From: Candidatus Poribacteria bacterium
Lineage (GTDB): Bacteria; Poribacteria; WGA-4E; PCPOR2b
NCBI GenBank assembly: GCA_965198175.1
Contig: OZ240245.1
Location: 1,280,001-1,344,000, forward strand
Direction: 5' to 3'
Length of the DNA: 64,000 nt
The notes beneath the pieces were generated by a model. It had not been told where the DNA came from. It saw only the letters and a list, made by a program, of their open reading frames with translations, and searched no databases. The translations under genes and the position numbers were made by a program. Positions within the stretch are counted from its first letter, which is position 1, and each line of letters begins with the position of its first letter. Shown piece after piece: positions 29,597-40,176 of the stretch.

Positions 29597-29826
29597 TATT
29601 CGTTCTCCCTTTGTTTATGTAGGGGTACCAATGAGCCTGTTCCGATTTTTCGGTTTCAACAGCTCTCGCACGAATATCTGACATTCAATGTACCACTATT
29701 ACCGCTGATGTCAGGTTTGGGTTGAGATCATCATCCTAAAGGGCCATCGTCGGGCTTCTGTTTTTGCATCCATCTCTGAATTAAGAATAAACAGCATTAT
29801 CAAGCAAATTTGGTGTCCCATGCAAT

Positions 29827-31485
29827 TCACTCGAACGTCCGGTAATTCAGAAACGTCTTTCCATTTGCTTCGATTTCCACGCATGGAAGCGTTTCCGTTC
29901 GTACATGTCTGCCGCCATCGTCCAGAAAGGAGAGTGTGACGTTGTGTGTTCCCGCGGGAAGTGACATTCGCACGAGAAATATCTGGTTCGGAAGTGTTTC
30001 CCAGGAGCGGGTGTCCGCACGCTCCGTGGCGACGTTGAAAAAATTGACGAGGTTGCCAAGGAGATCCCCCTTCTTTTTTGCGCGGCGAAAGGCAAGGTAT
30101 TTCAAAATCGCGCGCACCACCGTTCGGAGTAGAATCGTCTCCTGCTCGGAAGCGAACGTTGCAAACGCAGCACCCTCAACATCTTCGACCAGCACACCAT
30201 AAGCCTGAATGTCCGTTGCCCCCGATTCGAGATTGGGGATCTCATGAAGTTCACCTTGAACCCCGACTTTATCGAGTCCTGTTCTGCTAGCATCCTGGTG
30301 GAACCGGGATTCGCTTTGAGTCTCAGTTTTATCGGACATAGATTGATTGGATACGGGCTCAATTTCTAATTTGACTCCCATCAATCGGGGGCGATTCGAT
30401 ATATAGACCGGAATTTCCACCCGCAACAGATATTCGAGTTTTACTTTCTCATAACGGAGGTTGCGACGTCGCACGACTGTATCCGCAAATTCCCATATTT
30501 CCTCCTCGTTTTCTTCCTCCCTCCCTTCTTCACTTACCATCGGGTCTGTCTTGAAGATGGGAAAGAAGAGGTTTTCCTTGGTTTTAGGAGGGACAAAGCC
30601 GTTTTCGTAGATGAAAATGAGTTCACCAAAACTGGAAGGAGACGGAGGAGATTGTCCATAAAGTTCCGTGTAGCGCTCCGCATCTTCATTGAATCCCAAC
30701 AGCCGTGCGAGCCGAACAAGCGCATATCCGATGTCTTCAGGGAGTGAAACGCCAAGCTGTTCCGCGTAACGCTGATACCCTGCTTCCGCCCATTGATAGG
30801 CAATATACGCGTTATTCCAGTCCTCTGCCCATTCATAGAGGATCCCCGAAAGATAGGCGACGAATGCTGCACCTGCAAAATTGTAGGCGGCATCTTCATC
30901 GGCGTAGTATTGGAGAAGCTGCCCTGCGCGCCGACATTCCACTAAGGCATCGTCTGGAAGATTCAGATAGACGTAGTTAAGGGCGCGGTAATAGTGGATA
31001 AGCAGCCTTTCGTAGCGTGTGCCTGGATATGGACGGACTGCATCTGAGGTCAGAAGCGATGCAATCTCCCGGGAGATGCTTTTCGTGTAAAAATCTTCAG
31101 CGATTATCTCCGCGCGCTCAAATACCTGATTACTTTCCTCAAAGCGATTTGCGTAGTGGGCGATGAGACCTCGCTCAAATAGATAGGGGAGATTTCTTTT
31201 GTTTGAATTTTCTTCATCAAGATGCGCTAATGCGGTCTCAAATTCTCCTCGTTCAATTGCGAGGCGTACTTCGTGCATGCTGTAACTGCTGCATCCGATT
31301 AGGACTGGCAGAATAAGCGAAAAGCCCACTCTCCATTTGAAAAGTTGTCTATATAAGTGTGTCGTCAACAGACGATAGAGAAAAGGTCTATTTTGGCGGG
31401 GTTTAACCGACAATTGTAACGATAGAAACAAGGTGCCAATTCGCCGGCTTAAAGGGGCTGTGTGGGGAGAGAATTGCGTCGGCAT
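29827..31485 (-). CDS. COG3014-like TPR lipoprotein
   Basis: Lipobox-like LIGC, DDALVECRR and ERADTRSWETLP; adjacent to lpoB. True start is probably downstream of 31485. Confidence 0.8.
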   Translation of the reverse strand: MPTQFSPHTAPLSRRIGTLFLSLQLSVKPRQNRPFLYRLLTTHLYRQLFKWRVGFSLILPVLIGCSSYSMHEVRLAIERGEFETALAHLDEENSNKRNLPYLFERGLIAHYANRFEESNQVFERAEIIAEDFYTKSISREIASLLTSDAVRPYPGTRYERLLIHYYRALNYVYLNLPDDALVECRRAGQLLQYYADEDAAYNFAGAAFVAYLSGILYEWAEDWNNAYIAYQWAEAGYQRYAEQLGVSLPEDIGYALVRLARLLGFNEDAERYTELYGQSPPSPSSFGELIFIYENGFVPPKTKENLFFPIFKTDPMVSEEGREEENEEEIWEFADTVVRRRNLRYEKVKLEYLLRVEIPVYISNRPRLMGVKLEIEPVSNQSMSDKTETQSESRFHQDASRTGLDKVGVQGELHEIPNLESGATDIQAYGVLVEDVEGAAFATFASEQETILLRTVVRAILKYLAFRRAKKKGDLLGNLVNFFNVATERADTRSWETLPNQIFLVRMSLPAGTHNVTLSFLDDGGRHVRTETLPCVEIEANGKTFLNYRTFE

Positions 31486-31488
31486 GCA

Positions 31489-32109
31489 CTAGAAGACAGC
31501 CTTCTTACGTTCGATAAGTTTCTTAATTTTCTTCTGCCCCAACCAAACCTTCTCGTTTGTCTCGATATTCGTGAGATTCAGATCCGCTTGGTAATAGGTG
31601 ACCTGTCTCCCACCCTCTCGATCCTGGATGGTGTTGATTTCGCCGGTCATCATGTAGTCTGCTCCCTGCTCACGCCCCATCCCCTTGATAGTTTCGACAC
31701 TTGAGAACTCACTCTGATCTTCCTTTTCGGCGCGAAGTTCACCCCGTTCTTCTGCACTAGCGACGACGGCAACTCGACCCGAATTGATAAAAGCACGTTC
31801 AATATCGTTGATAAATGTATTAATCGCGATGTGTTCCATGCTCTTGTTACGAATCGCCCCAACGATGACGATAGGCTTCACGCCTCTGGAGTGGGTCATG
31901 TGATTCGTGATCCATGGGTGATTCAGGCAGTCCAGAATTATCGCTTCGGAAACCTCACGGGAATCCGTATCGTTCCATCGCCCTGATAGGTCAATCGTGG
32001 TGTCCGTTTCAATGCGTTCTACATTTTTTTGGGAACTACATCCAAGAACCATAATTATTACAACAAGGCAACAGACCACAGACAAATGGTGTTTCACTAT
32101 CTTTTTCAT
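31489..32109 (-). CDS. lpoB: LpoB-family (PBP activator / CsgG-like) lipoprotein
   Basis: Lipobox VLGC, DLSGRWNDTDS, IRNKSMEHI, GADYMMTG, TNEKVW. Confidence 0.85.
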   Translation of the reverse strand: MKKIVKHHLSVVCCLVVIIMVLGCSSQKNVERIETDTTIDLSGRWNDTDSREVSEAIILDCLNHPWITNHMTHSRGVKPIVIVGAIRNKSMEHIAINTFINDIERAFINSGRVAVVASAEERGELRAEKEDQSEFSSVETIKGMGREQGADYMMTGEINTIQDREGGRQVTYYQADLNLTNIETNEKVWLGQKKIKKLIERKKAVF

Positions 32110-32340
32110 AATGTCTTCCTAAATTTCTTATGGATTTACTCTAATTATACGGTTGTAGGAATGTCTTCAATCTATGCAATTTGCATAATTTGCAGTGGTT
32201 CTTTAAGGATAAATTTCGTGGATACAGTATCAAGTGACTTTACATCTATCATCTCATCCATATCGGCATCTCGCGCTACCTACACCGAATTTCAGACGAT
32301 AGCGACTCCTTGGCAACATACAGGCTTCCTCTACCTCTAA

Positions 32341-33204
32341 CTATTGGCGGATGAACTTCTGGAACCGTCCCTCTACCGCCACCTCGCCTACGTAAAGATC
32401 GCCATGGGAGTCCATCCAGATACCGTGTGGCGCACCGAGGAACTCACCGGGCACCTCGCTTTTTCTCGCGCCACCCCACTTAGTAATCGGTTTGCCGTCA
32501 AGCGTGTAGATACTGACTTGACCTTCTGCTTCGGCGATGTAAACCACCTCCTCATTCGGGTCGAAATATACCGTATCAGGGCGCCGCATACCGGTCCACT
32601 CTGTTAAGAAATGACCGCAAGTATCGAAGATTTGAATGCGATTGTTCTCTCGGTCGCAGATCCAAACACGGTCATGTTTGTCTATCCGCACGCAATGTGA
32701 TAGTGCGAATTGTCCTTGCCCACTACCTCGCTCGCCCCAAGACAGCAACAGTTTGCCATCTGGCGAATATTTATGGACTCGTGCGTTGCCATAGCCATCC
32801 GAAATGAACAACTCTCCGGTTGAAGCAATTGCCAAATCTGTTGGAAGGTTAAACGGGGCACCGTCCTCTGGGGCGGGATGACCAGGAACGCCGAGCGTCA
32901 TCACTAGTTTTCCATTTGGATTGAGCTTGCGGACGCAATGGGTGTTACGCTCGGTGCAGTAGACGTTGTCGTCAGCATCAATGTAGATACCGTGTGCATC
33001 CTCTAGGAAATCATCGCCCCACGATGCCAGAAAGTTACCGTCTCGGTCGCAGACAACCAGCGGGTGTTCGCTGCGCGAGTAAACATAAACGCGATCCTGC
33101 GAATCACACGCGACCGCCGGAATCCATCCCCATGTCCAACCTTCCGGCAACGCCCCCCAACCCTCGGCAACTTTGTAAGTGTATTTGCCTGAACCGTATA
33201 CCAT
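32341..33204 (-). CDS. NHL-repeat beta-propeller, peptidyl-alpha-hydroxyglycine lyase-like
   Basis: AHGIYID, FNLPTDLA, ISDGYGNARVHKY, CDRENNRIQIF. Confidence 0.88.
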   Translation of the reverse strand: MVYGSGKYTYKVAEGWGALPEGWTWGWIPAVACDSQDRVYVYSRSEHPLVVCDRDGNFLASWGDDFLEDAHGIYIDADDNVYCTERNTHCVRKLNPNGKLVMTLGVPGHPAPEDGAPFNLPTDLAIASTGELFISDGYGNARVHKYSPDGKLLLSWGERGSGQGQFALSHCVRIDKHDRVWICDRENNRIQIFDTCGHFLTEWTGMRRPDTVYFDPNEEVVYIAEAEGQVSIYTLDGKPITKWGGARKSEVPGEFLGAPHGIWMDSHGDLYVGEVAVEGRFQKFIRQ

Positions 33205-33277
33205 ATTGGTTATACCTCTTGAAAAATTTTATAATCGGCAAAAATCAACGTGTTAATAATTCTAACCACAGTAAAGC

Positions 33278-34228
33278 CTACAACTCATTCACTGGAAAAC
33301 GCGGTGCCCCGCCTTGCAAAACTGTTACTACATCCTTTACTGCAGTGTCGCACATCCTATCAATAGCCTCTTCCGTTTTATACGCCGTCCACGGCGTCGA
33401 GATAACGTTGTCCAGTTGAACGAGTGAATCATCTGGCGCGCAGGGTGCGGGCTCATGTACGTCCATTGCTGCACCTGCAATTTTCTTTGCCTTTAGTACG
33501 TTAATCAAGGCATCCTTCACCACAACACTCGGTCTGCTAGTGTTTACCAGATAGGCATCCTTCTTCATCAACTTCAACCTTCGCTCATCTATTAGTCCTA
33601 GCGTGTGCTCGTTGAGCGCGGTGTGCAGAGTTACAATGTCGGACTGAGCCATCAATTCATCCAGCGGAACGTATCGGATTTGCCAGTTCTCAGCGAAGGC
33701 ATGGTCATGATAGATGTCATACGCGAGGACGCTTGCATCAAATCCTCTTGCTCTCTTAATGACCTCCTGCCCTATTGCACCAACCCCGATAACACCCAAG
33801 GTTATACTTGACAATTCTCTGCCTGCGAACTGCTTCCACTCTCCGTTTTTCATCTCCTGAACCATTGCGGGAATATTTCTTAATAGGCATAGGATTAGAC
33901 CAAGAGTGAAATCGGATACAGCATGCATTCCTGCGCCCGGAGTCGTCGTAACCCAGACAGCATTCTTTGTCGCCGCTCCTAAGTCGACTTGGTCATAGCC
34001 GGCTCCCGTCCGAGCGATGATCTTCAGCTTGTCAGCCGCCCGAAAGACCTTATCAGTATACTGTTCACCTCCGGCAATGACCGCGTCTATATCCCGTATT
34101 TTCCGGCAGAATTCATCCTCCGTTAAGCTACTCAGCGAGTCGTCTATTATCTCACAGCCATTCTTCTCCAAGTAAGTTCTAGCATGATTGGTTAAATAGT
34201 GTTGCGTATTAATCACGTTAAATGCCAT
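33278..34228 (-). CDS. D-2-hydroxyacid / phosphoglycerate dehydrogenase family
   Basis: ARTGAGYDQVD, GVIGVGAIG, LVNTSR, GAAMDVHEPAP, STPW. Confidence 0.9.
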   Translation of the reverse strand: MAFNVINTQHYLTNHARTYLEKNGCEIIDDSLSSLTEDEFCRKIRDIDAVIAGGEQYTDKVFRAADKLKIIARTGAGYDQVDLGAATKNAVWVTTTPGAGMHAVSDFTLGLILCLLRNIPAMVQEMKNGEWKQFAGRELSSITLGVIGVGAIGQEVIKRARGFDASVLAYDIYHDHAFAENWQIRYVPLDELMAQSDIVTLHTALNEHTLGLIDERRLKLMKKDAYLVNTSRPSVVVKDALINVLKAKKIAGAAMDVHEPAPCAPDDSLVQLDNVISTPWTAYKTEEAIDRMCDTAVKDVVTVLQGGAPRFPVNEL

Positions 34229-34286
34229 TGGCTGATACTCTTGCTCCTCTTTAGATTATTGTTACTGTTACACGAGTATGAGTCAC

Positions 34287-34315
34287 AGTATAGAGCATAA
34301 TAGAAACCTTGTCAA
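34287..34315 (-). promoter_or_regulatory. Sigma-70 promoter for 33278..34228
   Basis: TTGACA-17 nt-TATACT on the minus strand. Confidence 0.8.
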
Positions 34316-34459
34316 TATATTTTTGGGTCATCAAATAAAGATTTGAAAGTTGGTAAAATTTGTTAGGTATAGTGTATAATAGATAATCTTCAAAACCCGA
34401 ATGGGTGTACAAAAACGGAGTAGGAAAATGTTCACTTCAATCCTACATGGAGGAAAGCG

Positions 34460-35224
34460 ATGACAGCTAGAAACGTGCTCATCACCGGAATGAGTGGGTT
34501 GATTGGAGGGGTAGTGTACGATCACTTAAACTCGGTAGGCAAGTACGCATTGAGCGCACTCAACCGTCGTGATGTGCCGGGAATCAAATTATGGCGGGCA
34601 GATATCGCAGATTTAGATGCAATCCAGCCAGCTTTTGAAGGAGTGGATGTGGTAGTGCATCTAGCAGCGATGGCCAAAGGGGACGCAACGTGGGAAGAGG
34701 TGCTGGAACCGAATATCATTGGAACCTACAACGTCTTCGAGGCGTCACGGCAAGCGGGCGTAAAACGCATCATCTACGCTAGCAGCGGCTCAACGATTAA
34801 TCGATGGGAATTGGAATTTCCATACAGCGCTCTAGCTCAAGGGCGTTACGACGAAGCCCCCGAAACGTGGGAGAAAATAACGCACAAGTGGCCGGTACGC
34901 CCGGATGGACTTTACGGAGCCAGCAAGGTATGGGGAGAGGCTTTGGCGCGGCATTTCTCGGATAACTGTGGTATTTCTACCATCTGCGTTCGCATCGGCG
35001 CAGTTACGCCTGAAAATCGCCCGCGACAGCCACGTGAGTTTGCGGTCTGGTGCAGTCATCGCGACATTGCCCAGATGGTAGAAAAGTGCATTGAAGCGCC
35101 TGACAGTGTGCGGTTTGACATCTTCTATGCGGTGTCAAATAACAAATGGGGTTACCGCGACTTCTCACACGCCCGTGAGGTCATCGGCTTTGAACCACAG
35201 GACTCCGCGGAAACACATCGATAG
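34460..35224 (+). CDS. NAD-dependent epimerase/dehydratase, uronate dehydrogenase-like
   Basis: ITGMSGLIG, VVHLAA, YASS, YGASK, VRIG, WCSHRD. Confidence 0.88.
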   Translation: MTARNVLITGMSGLIGGVVYDHLNSVGKYALSALNRRDVPGIKLWRADIADLDAIQPAFEGVDVVVHLAAMAKGDATWEEVLEPNIIGTYNVFEASRQAGVKRIIYASSGSTINRWELEFPYSALAQGRYDEAPETWEKITHKWPVRPDGLYGASKVWGEALARHFSDNCGISTICVRIGAVTPENRPRQPREFAVWCSHRDIAQMVEKCIEAPDSVRFDIFYAVSNNKWGYRDFSHAREVIGFEPQDSAETHR

Positions 35225-35367
35225 CCCCATAGCATTATTCTTTTACTGTTTCAGAAACGCAATGTGCTGTGGATTTGAACTCTCGACAAGCTACTTACCG
35301 ATTTGGTACGTCTTTGATTGCGTCAAATCCTAAGCAATTCCGATTGCCGGATGAACCGGTCGTTTCC

Positions 35368-36372
35368 TCATTTTAATGCTTTGCCATCTCTTACGCCACA
35401 ACCGGCTAATAGCACACGTTGAACTGAAAGGTCGTGTGCTAACGTGTAATCTGGTGCCTTGACTCCCCGAATGCAGGCGGACAGTTCGCGCAAAAGCGAC
35501 GGAAACTCCGCCGGCGGAGCGATTGTCACGTGCTGCCACCCTGTCTGGTAATCCTCAACGGGCCTTTCCAGACATAGACTGAGATAGGATGATCCAATCT
35601 GAGTGTGGATGGCAGTGCCTTCGGTGCCGTAGACCTCAATACGGCGCGTCCGATCCATCCCTACATGCATGGCTGCGGTGTCAATGGTGCCAAGACCGCT
35701 CTCGAACTCATGTACAACGACCGCGTTGTCTACGTGAATCGGATTGTCTCCATAGTGTTTTCCCAAGACGGGATACACATGCTTCGGTTTCCCCATCGCC
35801 GCAACCATCAAATCCACTAAATGACCAGCCATCTCGAAATAGACGGCGCCGTGGTACATACCGAATTCCGATTCCAACTGCAGATGCCACGTCTTGGGCT
35901 TCGGTATATGCCCGCGATAGTAGAAAATTTCTCCCAACGCGCCAGATTTGACCAAACGAATAATCTCATGGATAGCAGGATTGTAGCGCCACATATACGC
36001 CATCTGAAGCATCAGTCCCTTGCGTGCTGCGATTCCCTGAACGCGCTTTAGGTGTTCCAGGTCCACACCCGCCGGCTTTTCTAACAACACATGTTTACCT
36101 GCTTCCAATGCACGTTGAGCATAGTCTAGATTTTGGTAAACACGTCCCTCAACAATCACGGCTTCGGCGTCGCTATCTAGTACGGCTTGGAGGGAGGGAA
36201 AAACCGAGATGGAAGGTAGAAATTCAGTCCACTCTTTCCTTTTCTGAATGACATCAACATCAGGATCATACATCCCAATTAGCTGAAACTCGTCGGGACG
36301 TTGAGCTGTCTCCCGCACGTGCATAACGGCATGACTATGCCAGACGCCCAGAAAGGCAAATTTGAGTGGCAT
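35368..36372 (-). CDS. Gfo/Idh/MocA oxidoreductase
   Basis: ALEAGKHVLLEKP, EMAGHLVD, IEVYGTEG. Confidence 0.9.
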   Translation of the reverse strand: MPLKFAFLGVWHSHAVMHVRETAQRPDEFQLIGMYDPDVDVIQKRKEWTEFLPSISVFPSLQAVLDSDAEAVIVEGRVYQNLDYAQRALEAGKHVLLEKPAGVDLEHLKRVQGIAARKGLMLQMAYMWRYNPAIHEIIRLVKSGALGEIFYYRGHIPKPKTWHLQLESEFGMYHGAVYFEMAGHLVDLMVAAMGKPKHVYPVLGKHYGDNPIHVDNAVVVHEFESGLGTIDTAAMHVGMDRTRRIEVYGTEGTAIHTQIGSSYLSLCLERPVEDYQTGWQHVTIAPPAEFPSLLRELSACIRGVKAPDYTLAHDLSVQRVLLAGCGVRDGKALK

Positions 36373-36423
36373 CCTTGTCTCTCCATATTGATGGAGCGGT
36401 GTGAGCGAGTCGTTTTTTTGCGT

Positions 36424-37413
36424 TTACGGTCTGATGATTGACAAAATCTCAGATTTAGTTAGGCTACGTACGTTGAATTTGAGGTTCTCAAAAAACGGAG
36501 TGAGATCTTCGCCGGCTACCTTACTCAAGTAATATACAAGAACGCTCGTGTTCATCCGATGCGGTGTTTTTTCGTATAGCTTCTCTTCTTCAATTAAACG
36601 GAAAACCCTTGCGTAAAAGTCTTCCCCAAAACGAGATTTCAGTGCCGAAACGAGCGAATAAGAGTAATCATATTTCCATTTGGTAAGCGCATAAATATCT
36701 AGTGTGCCAGATTCCCAATCTTGAACCAAATTTGCGCCGTCAGGGTTGACCTTAATGTTGTTCTCAATGTCAATTTCACCAAAATACCCGCGTTTTACAT
36801 ATTCAACCTCGACTAAAACCGACAGGCCTTCTGCGAACCATGAAGGGATGTTATAGATTTCCGTAAAAGCGTGGGTTAATTCGTGTGCTTGAGTCCCTTT
36901 TTGCTGCACCATGTTTAGCGGGAAACGCATTTGCGCGCTAGTAACTTGCTTAACAAGCTCATCCCCTTTAACGGAAATCTGAGAGGTAGAGGCAGTAGTT
37001 GCCCTATGTATCCGGCCTTGAATAGGCGGCAGAAGTAAGACATCAATTCGGTAGTTAGGTTCAAATTTCAAAATGTTGTGAACGAATCTGTAGAAACTCT
37101 CCAAGGACACCAATATTCCCTGCCCTGTGTCCTGTCGTTCTTGCGCTTCATCGAAATCCTCATGCTGCAGCAGCGTTTCGTGAAAGGTCAATGTGTAATG
37201 ATCGCTTCTGACCACTAGCCCATCCTGATCTGCGTTATATTCGGAAGTAGCTCGTGCATATAGCACGTGACGTTCTTCTCGATTCTTCTTGATTCGTTCT
37301 TGTCTTCGCTGTTGCGCTTCGTTTAAGGCAGCGCAACCCGTGCAGAAGAACACAACCAGAAGCAAAATCAATACATAGCTGAAGCTGCTGCGAGATTGGC
37401 TTAGGGATTTCAT
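36424..37413 (-). CDS. Lipoprotein with gluzincin metallopeptidase motif
   Basis: Lipobox CTGC; AHELTH followed by PSWFAEGL. Confidence 0.75.
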   Translation of the reverse strand: MKSLSQSRSSFSYVLILLLVVFFCTGCAALNEAQQRRQERIKKNREERHVLYARATSEYNADQDGLVVRSDHYTLTFHETLLQHEDFDEAQERQDTGQGILVSLESFYRFVHNILKFEPNYRIDVLLLPPIQGRIHRATTASTSQISVKGDELVKQVTSAQMRFPLNMVQQKGTQAHELTHAFTEIYNIPSWFAEGLSVLVEVEYVKRGYFGEIDIENNIKVNPDGANLVQDWESGTLDIYALTKWKYDYSYSLVSALKSRFGEDFYARVFRLIEEEKLYEKTPHRMNTSVLVYYLSKVAGEDLTPFFENLKFNVRSLTKSEILSIIRP

Positions 37414-37447
37414 CGGTTGTTCTCCTTAGTGAAGATAATGACAGGAA

Positions 37448-38215
37448 TCAAAACGCTGCGTCGTAACATGTATCCTTCAAGAAAGCCAGCATCCGCATCC
37501 GTTTCGGTGTCGCGTCTTCAAAGAGTTCAGGTGTATAATAGCCCCCGTCCTTATGGTAGAGCCATTTTATATGCTCCTTTTCCTCTGTCGTGCTTGGTTT
37601 CTGGAGGTAGTTGATGTAGATTGCTCGTCGTCCCACCCCTTCGCCGAACGCGGCGTGATAGAGTTTTACATTGAAAATCACGACGTCGCCCGGATTGGAC
37701 GCGATGGGGTAGGTGCCGGGAACATCCTTTCCTAACGGCAGGATATCTCCGATATACCGTTCCATCCGCTGACGGTAAGGCAAAAAGTGGCTGCCCGGCA
37801 GCACTGAGAGACATCCGGTGTTTGCACGGACTGGGTCTAGGTAGAGAACAACCTTCAAGTGAATATGTCCTTCGGGCGATACATCGTCATGATGCCACCC
37901 CGTGTTGCCGAACCGATAGGCACCTTCGGATGTGCTAAACACAAAGTCCTCGCCGAGCAAATCCTCGACCACCTCACAGACCGCGTCACTTTCAAGCAGG
38001 TGGTGATAAACCGCTGGATTATACTCAAAGAACCGCATCACTGCTATGGTCTTCTTGATATTCGTGTATGGTTCCTTCAATCTTTGCCCCGCGGCTTTCC
38101 GAAACGTACCATCAAACGCATTGATGTAAGTCTGTATCTCATCCGGTGGGAAGAAGTTTTTCAGAAAGATAAATCCTAGGGTTTCGAAGTGGTGTTTTTG
38201 GGTATCAATTAGCAT
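37448..38215 (-). CDS. PhyH-family Fe(II)/2OG dioxygenase
   Basis: FETLGFI, GWHHD, LSVLPGSH, PGDVVIF..LYHA. Confidence 0.9.
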   Translation of the reverse strand: MLIDTQKHHFETLGFIFLKNFFPPDEIQTYINAFDGTFRKAAGQRLKEPYTNIKKTIAVMRFFEYNPAVYHHLLESDAVCEVVEDLLGEDFVFSTSEGAYRFGNTGWHHDDVSPEGHIHLKVVLYLDPVRANTGCLSVLPGSHFLPYRQRMERYIGDILPLGKDVPGTYPIASNPGDVVIFNVKLYHAAFGEGVGRRAIYINYLQKPSTTEEKEHIKWLYHKDGGYYTPELFEDATPKRMRMLAFLKDTCYDAAF

Positions 38216-38397
38216 TTCTCAGTCCCCATTTGTTTTATTAACTATACGAATGGATTGAAGATTGGAATTATCATATCATGAAAAAGGAATTATTGCAACG
38301 CTATATGGACAACCGACTTTTCATGCTTGCAATCGACCACAGCTTTTGGTAATATACTCAAACCTGAATACTGACACCCAGACGGAGAGGAATAATC

Positions 38398-39660
38398 ATG
38401 AAACTACCTAGAATGATTCGTGTGAAACAACGATTTGAGGCGCCAGTCGTCAACAATCTTCCCACAGCTATTACCGCCGAATTGGATCGTATTGATGTCA
38501 CATCAATTGTGGGTAAGAGTAGCAGCGTCGCCGTAACTGCAGGGAGTCGCGGCGTTGCAGACATTGCTGTAGTCGTTAAGGCGACGGTCGATTACCTCAA
38601 ACGAATTGGCGTTAAGCCGTTCATCGTGCCCGCGATGGGAAGTCATGGCGGCGCCACCGCAGCGGGACAACGTGAGATATTGGCACATTATGGCATTACC
38701 GAAGAAAGTATGGGGGTACCAATCAAGGCTACCATGGACGTGGTGGAAATCGGTCAGACGGCAGACAAATTGCCGGTGTATTTGGATCGATATGCCGCTC
38801 AAGCCGATTATATCGTTCCTCTCAATCGAATCAAAGCCCATACTGACTTCAGCGGTTCTGTTGAAAGCGGTCTAATGAAGATAATGGCGATTGGACTGGG
38901 CAAACAGAAGGGAGCGAATACGTACCATCGCGCGTCCGTCCATTATGGTTTTGAACATGTCATTACAACGGTAGGTGGTCTGGTTCTTGGGACTGGTAAA
39001 GTCGCGTTTGGGATTGGACTTATTGAAAACGCGTACGAGCAGATGGCGAAAGTTGCTGCACTGAGATCTGATGAGTTGATATTTGGGGAACGCGAACTTC
39101 TGATTGAGTCCAAAGCCCTTATGGGACGACTTCCTTTTGACACGCTTGATTTCCTGATTGTGGACTATATGGGGAAAAATATCAGTGGGACAGGGATGGA
39201 CACAAACATCATTGGTCGGCGGATGCAAACTTTAGGGATTGAACCTGAGAAACCCAAGATTTTACGAATCTTTGTCCGAGATGTGACAGATGCTAGCGAT
39301 GGCAATGCGACGGGAATTGGTCTGGCAGATTTCACGACAACGCGTCTTGTGGAAAAGATTGACCGACATGCAACGTATATGAATGGCATCACCGGCTTGG
39401 CTCCTCAGAAATCGAGAATCCCCTTCCACTACGGCACCGATCGGGAAGCTATTGAGATAGCGTTGCAGACGATCGGGCTGACCTCGCCTGAGCGGGCGAG
39501 CGTAATTCGCGTTGAGAACACCCTGAAATTGACGGAAGTAGACATCTCCGAATCGCTACTTGAAGCGGCAAAACTGCGCAGCGATCTGGAAGTCATCGGC
39601 AGGTTGAGTTCGTTTGAATTTGACTCCGTGGGTAACCTGTTGCCGTTCACAATCTTATAG
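38398..39660 (+). CDS. LarA-like (DUF2088/DUF362) domain protein
   Basis: TAGSRG, PAMGSHGG, NRIKAHTDF, ESGLMK..IGLGKQKGA, GKNISGTGMD. Confidence 0.85.
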   Translation: MKLPRMIRVKQRFEAPVVNNLPTAITAELDRIDVTSIVGKSSSVAVTAGSRGVADIAVVVKATVDYLKRIGVKPFIVPAMGSHGGATAAGQREILAHYGITEESMGVPIKATMDVVEIGQTADKLPVYLDRYAAQADYIVPLNRIKAHTDFSGSVESGLMKIMAIGLGKQKGANTYHRASVHYGFEHVITTVGGLVLGTGKVAFGIGLIENAYEQMAKVAALRSDELIFGERELLIESKALMGRLPFDTLDFLIVDYMGKNISGTGMDTNIIGRRMQTLGIEPEKPKILRIFVRDVTDASDGNATGIGLADFTTTRLVEKIDRHATYMNGITGLAPQKSRIPFHYGTDREAIEIALQTIGLTSPERASVIRVENTLKLTEVDISESLLEAAKLRSDLEVIGRLSSFEFDSVGNLLPFTIL

Positions 39661-39765
39661 ATTTGCGTAAACGGAATCTAAGAATCTGATGGCTAGCAGA
39701 AGCGTTGAGCATGTGATTGATGCATTATCAACTACAATTTAGAGTCAGATTAAGGAATCTCAGAC

Positions 39766-40164
39766 ATGGAAGGACATCCAACTGGTTTTCTTCGCCGGGC
39801 ATTGCACAATCCGTTCATAGGGGGATTGCTTACGGTCGCACTCGTGTTGATGCTAGTCCTCTTTTTTTCACAATGGTACCTGATTACCGAGCTACTGGAT
39901 TTGACTGTCGATCTTGTCGAGAAAGAACTGATACGGCAGGCACCTGAAGCTGTAGAGGTATCGGAGATTACAAGTACATTTGAAAATGTTAGAGAAGCGC
40001 TGATGAAAATGCCGGTGAGCTACATCACAGGCAAGATAAGTCTGAGGAAAATTAAAGCAGCGGCGAATTACGCGAAAAGTGCGAACACGGATGGAGAATG
40101 GACTTCAGAAGAGGTCAACACGATGTTAATCATGATGAATGCGGCTGTGGGATTCAAGCGATAG
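39766..40164 (+). CDS. Hypothetical single-pass membrane protein
   Basis: 132 aa with AAGGA RBS and one TM helix; closely followed by the methyltransferase. Confidence 0.7.
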   Translation: MEGHPTGFLRRALHNPFIGGLLTVALVLMLVLFFSQWYLITELLDLTVDLVEKELIRQAPEAVEVSEITSTFENVREALMKMPVSYITGKISLRKIKAAANYAKSANTDGEWTSEEVNTMLIMMNAAVGFKR

Positions 40165-40176
40165 GAAAAGTAGCGG

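Noticed and set aside
29600..29826. SAM-I riboswitch upstream of the MTHFR-like gene
   Set aside because: Only fragments resemble it (TTCTTA..AGAG, GCCCGACGA). The GCAACC/GGTGC core and the closing P1 strand are missing. An Rfam scan would settle it.
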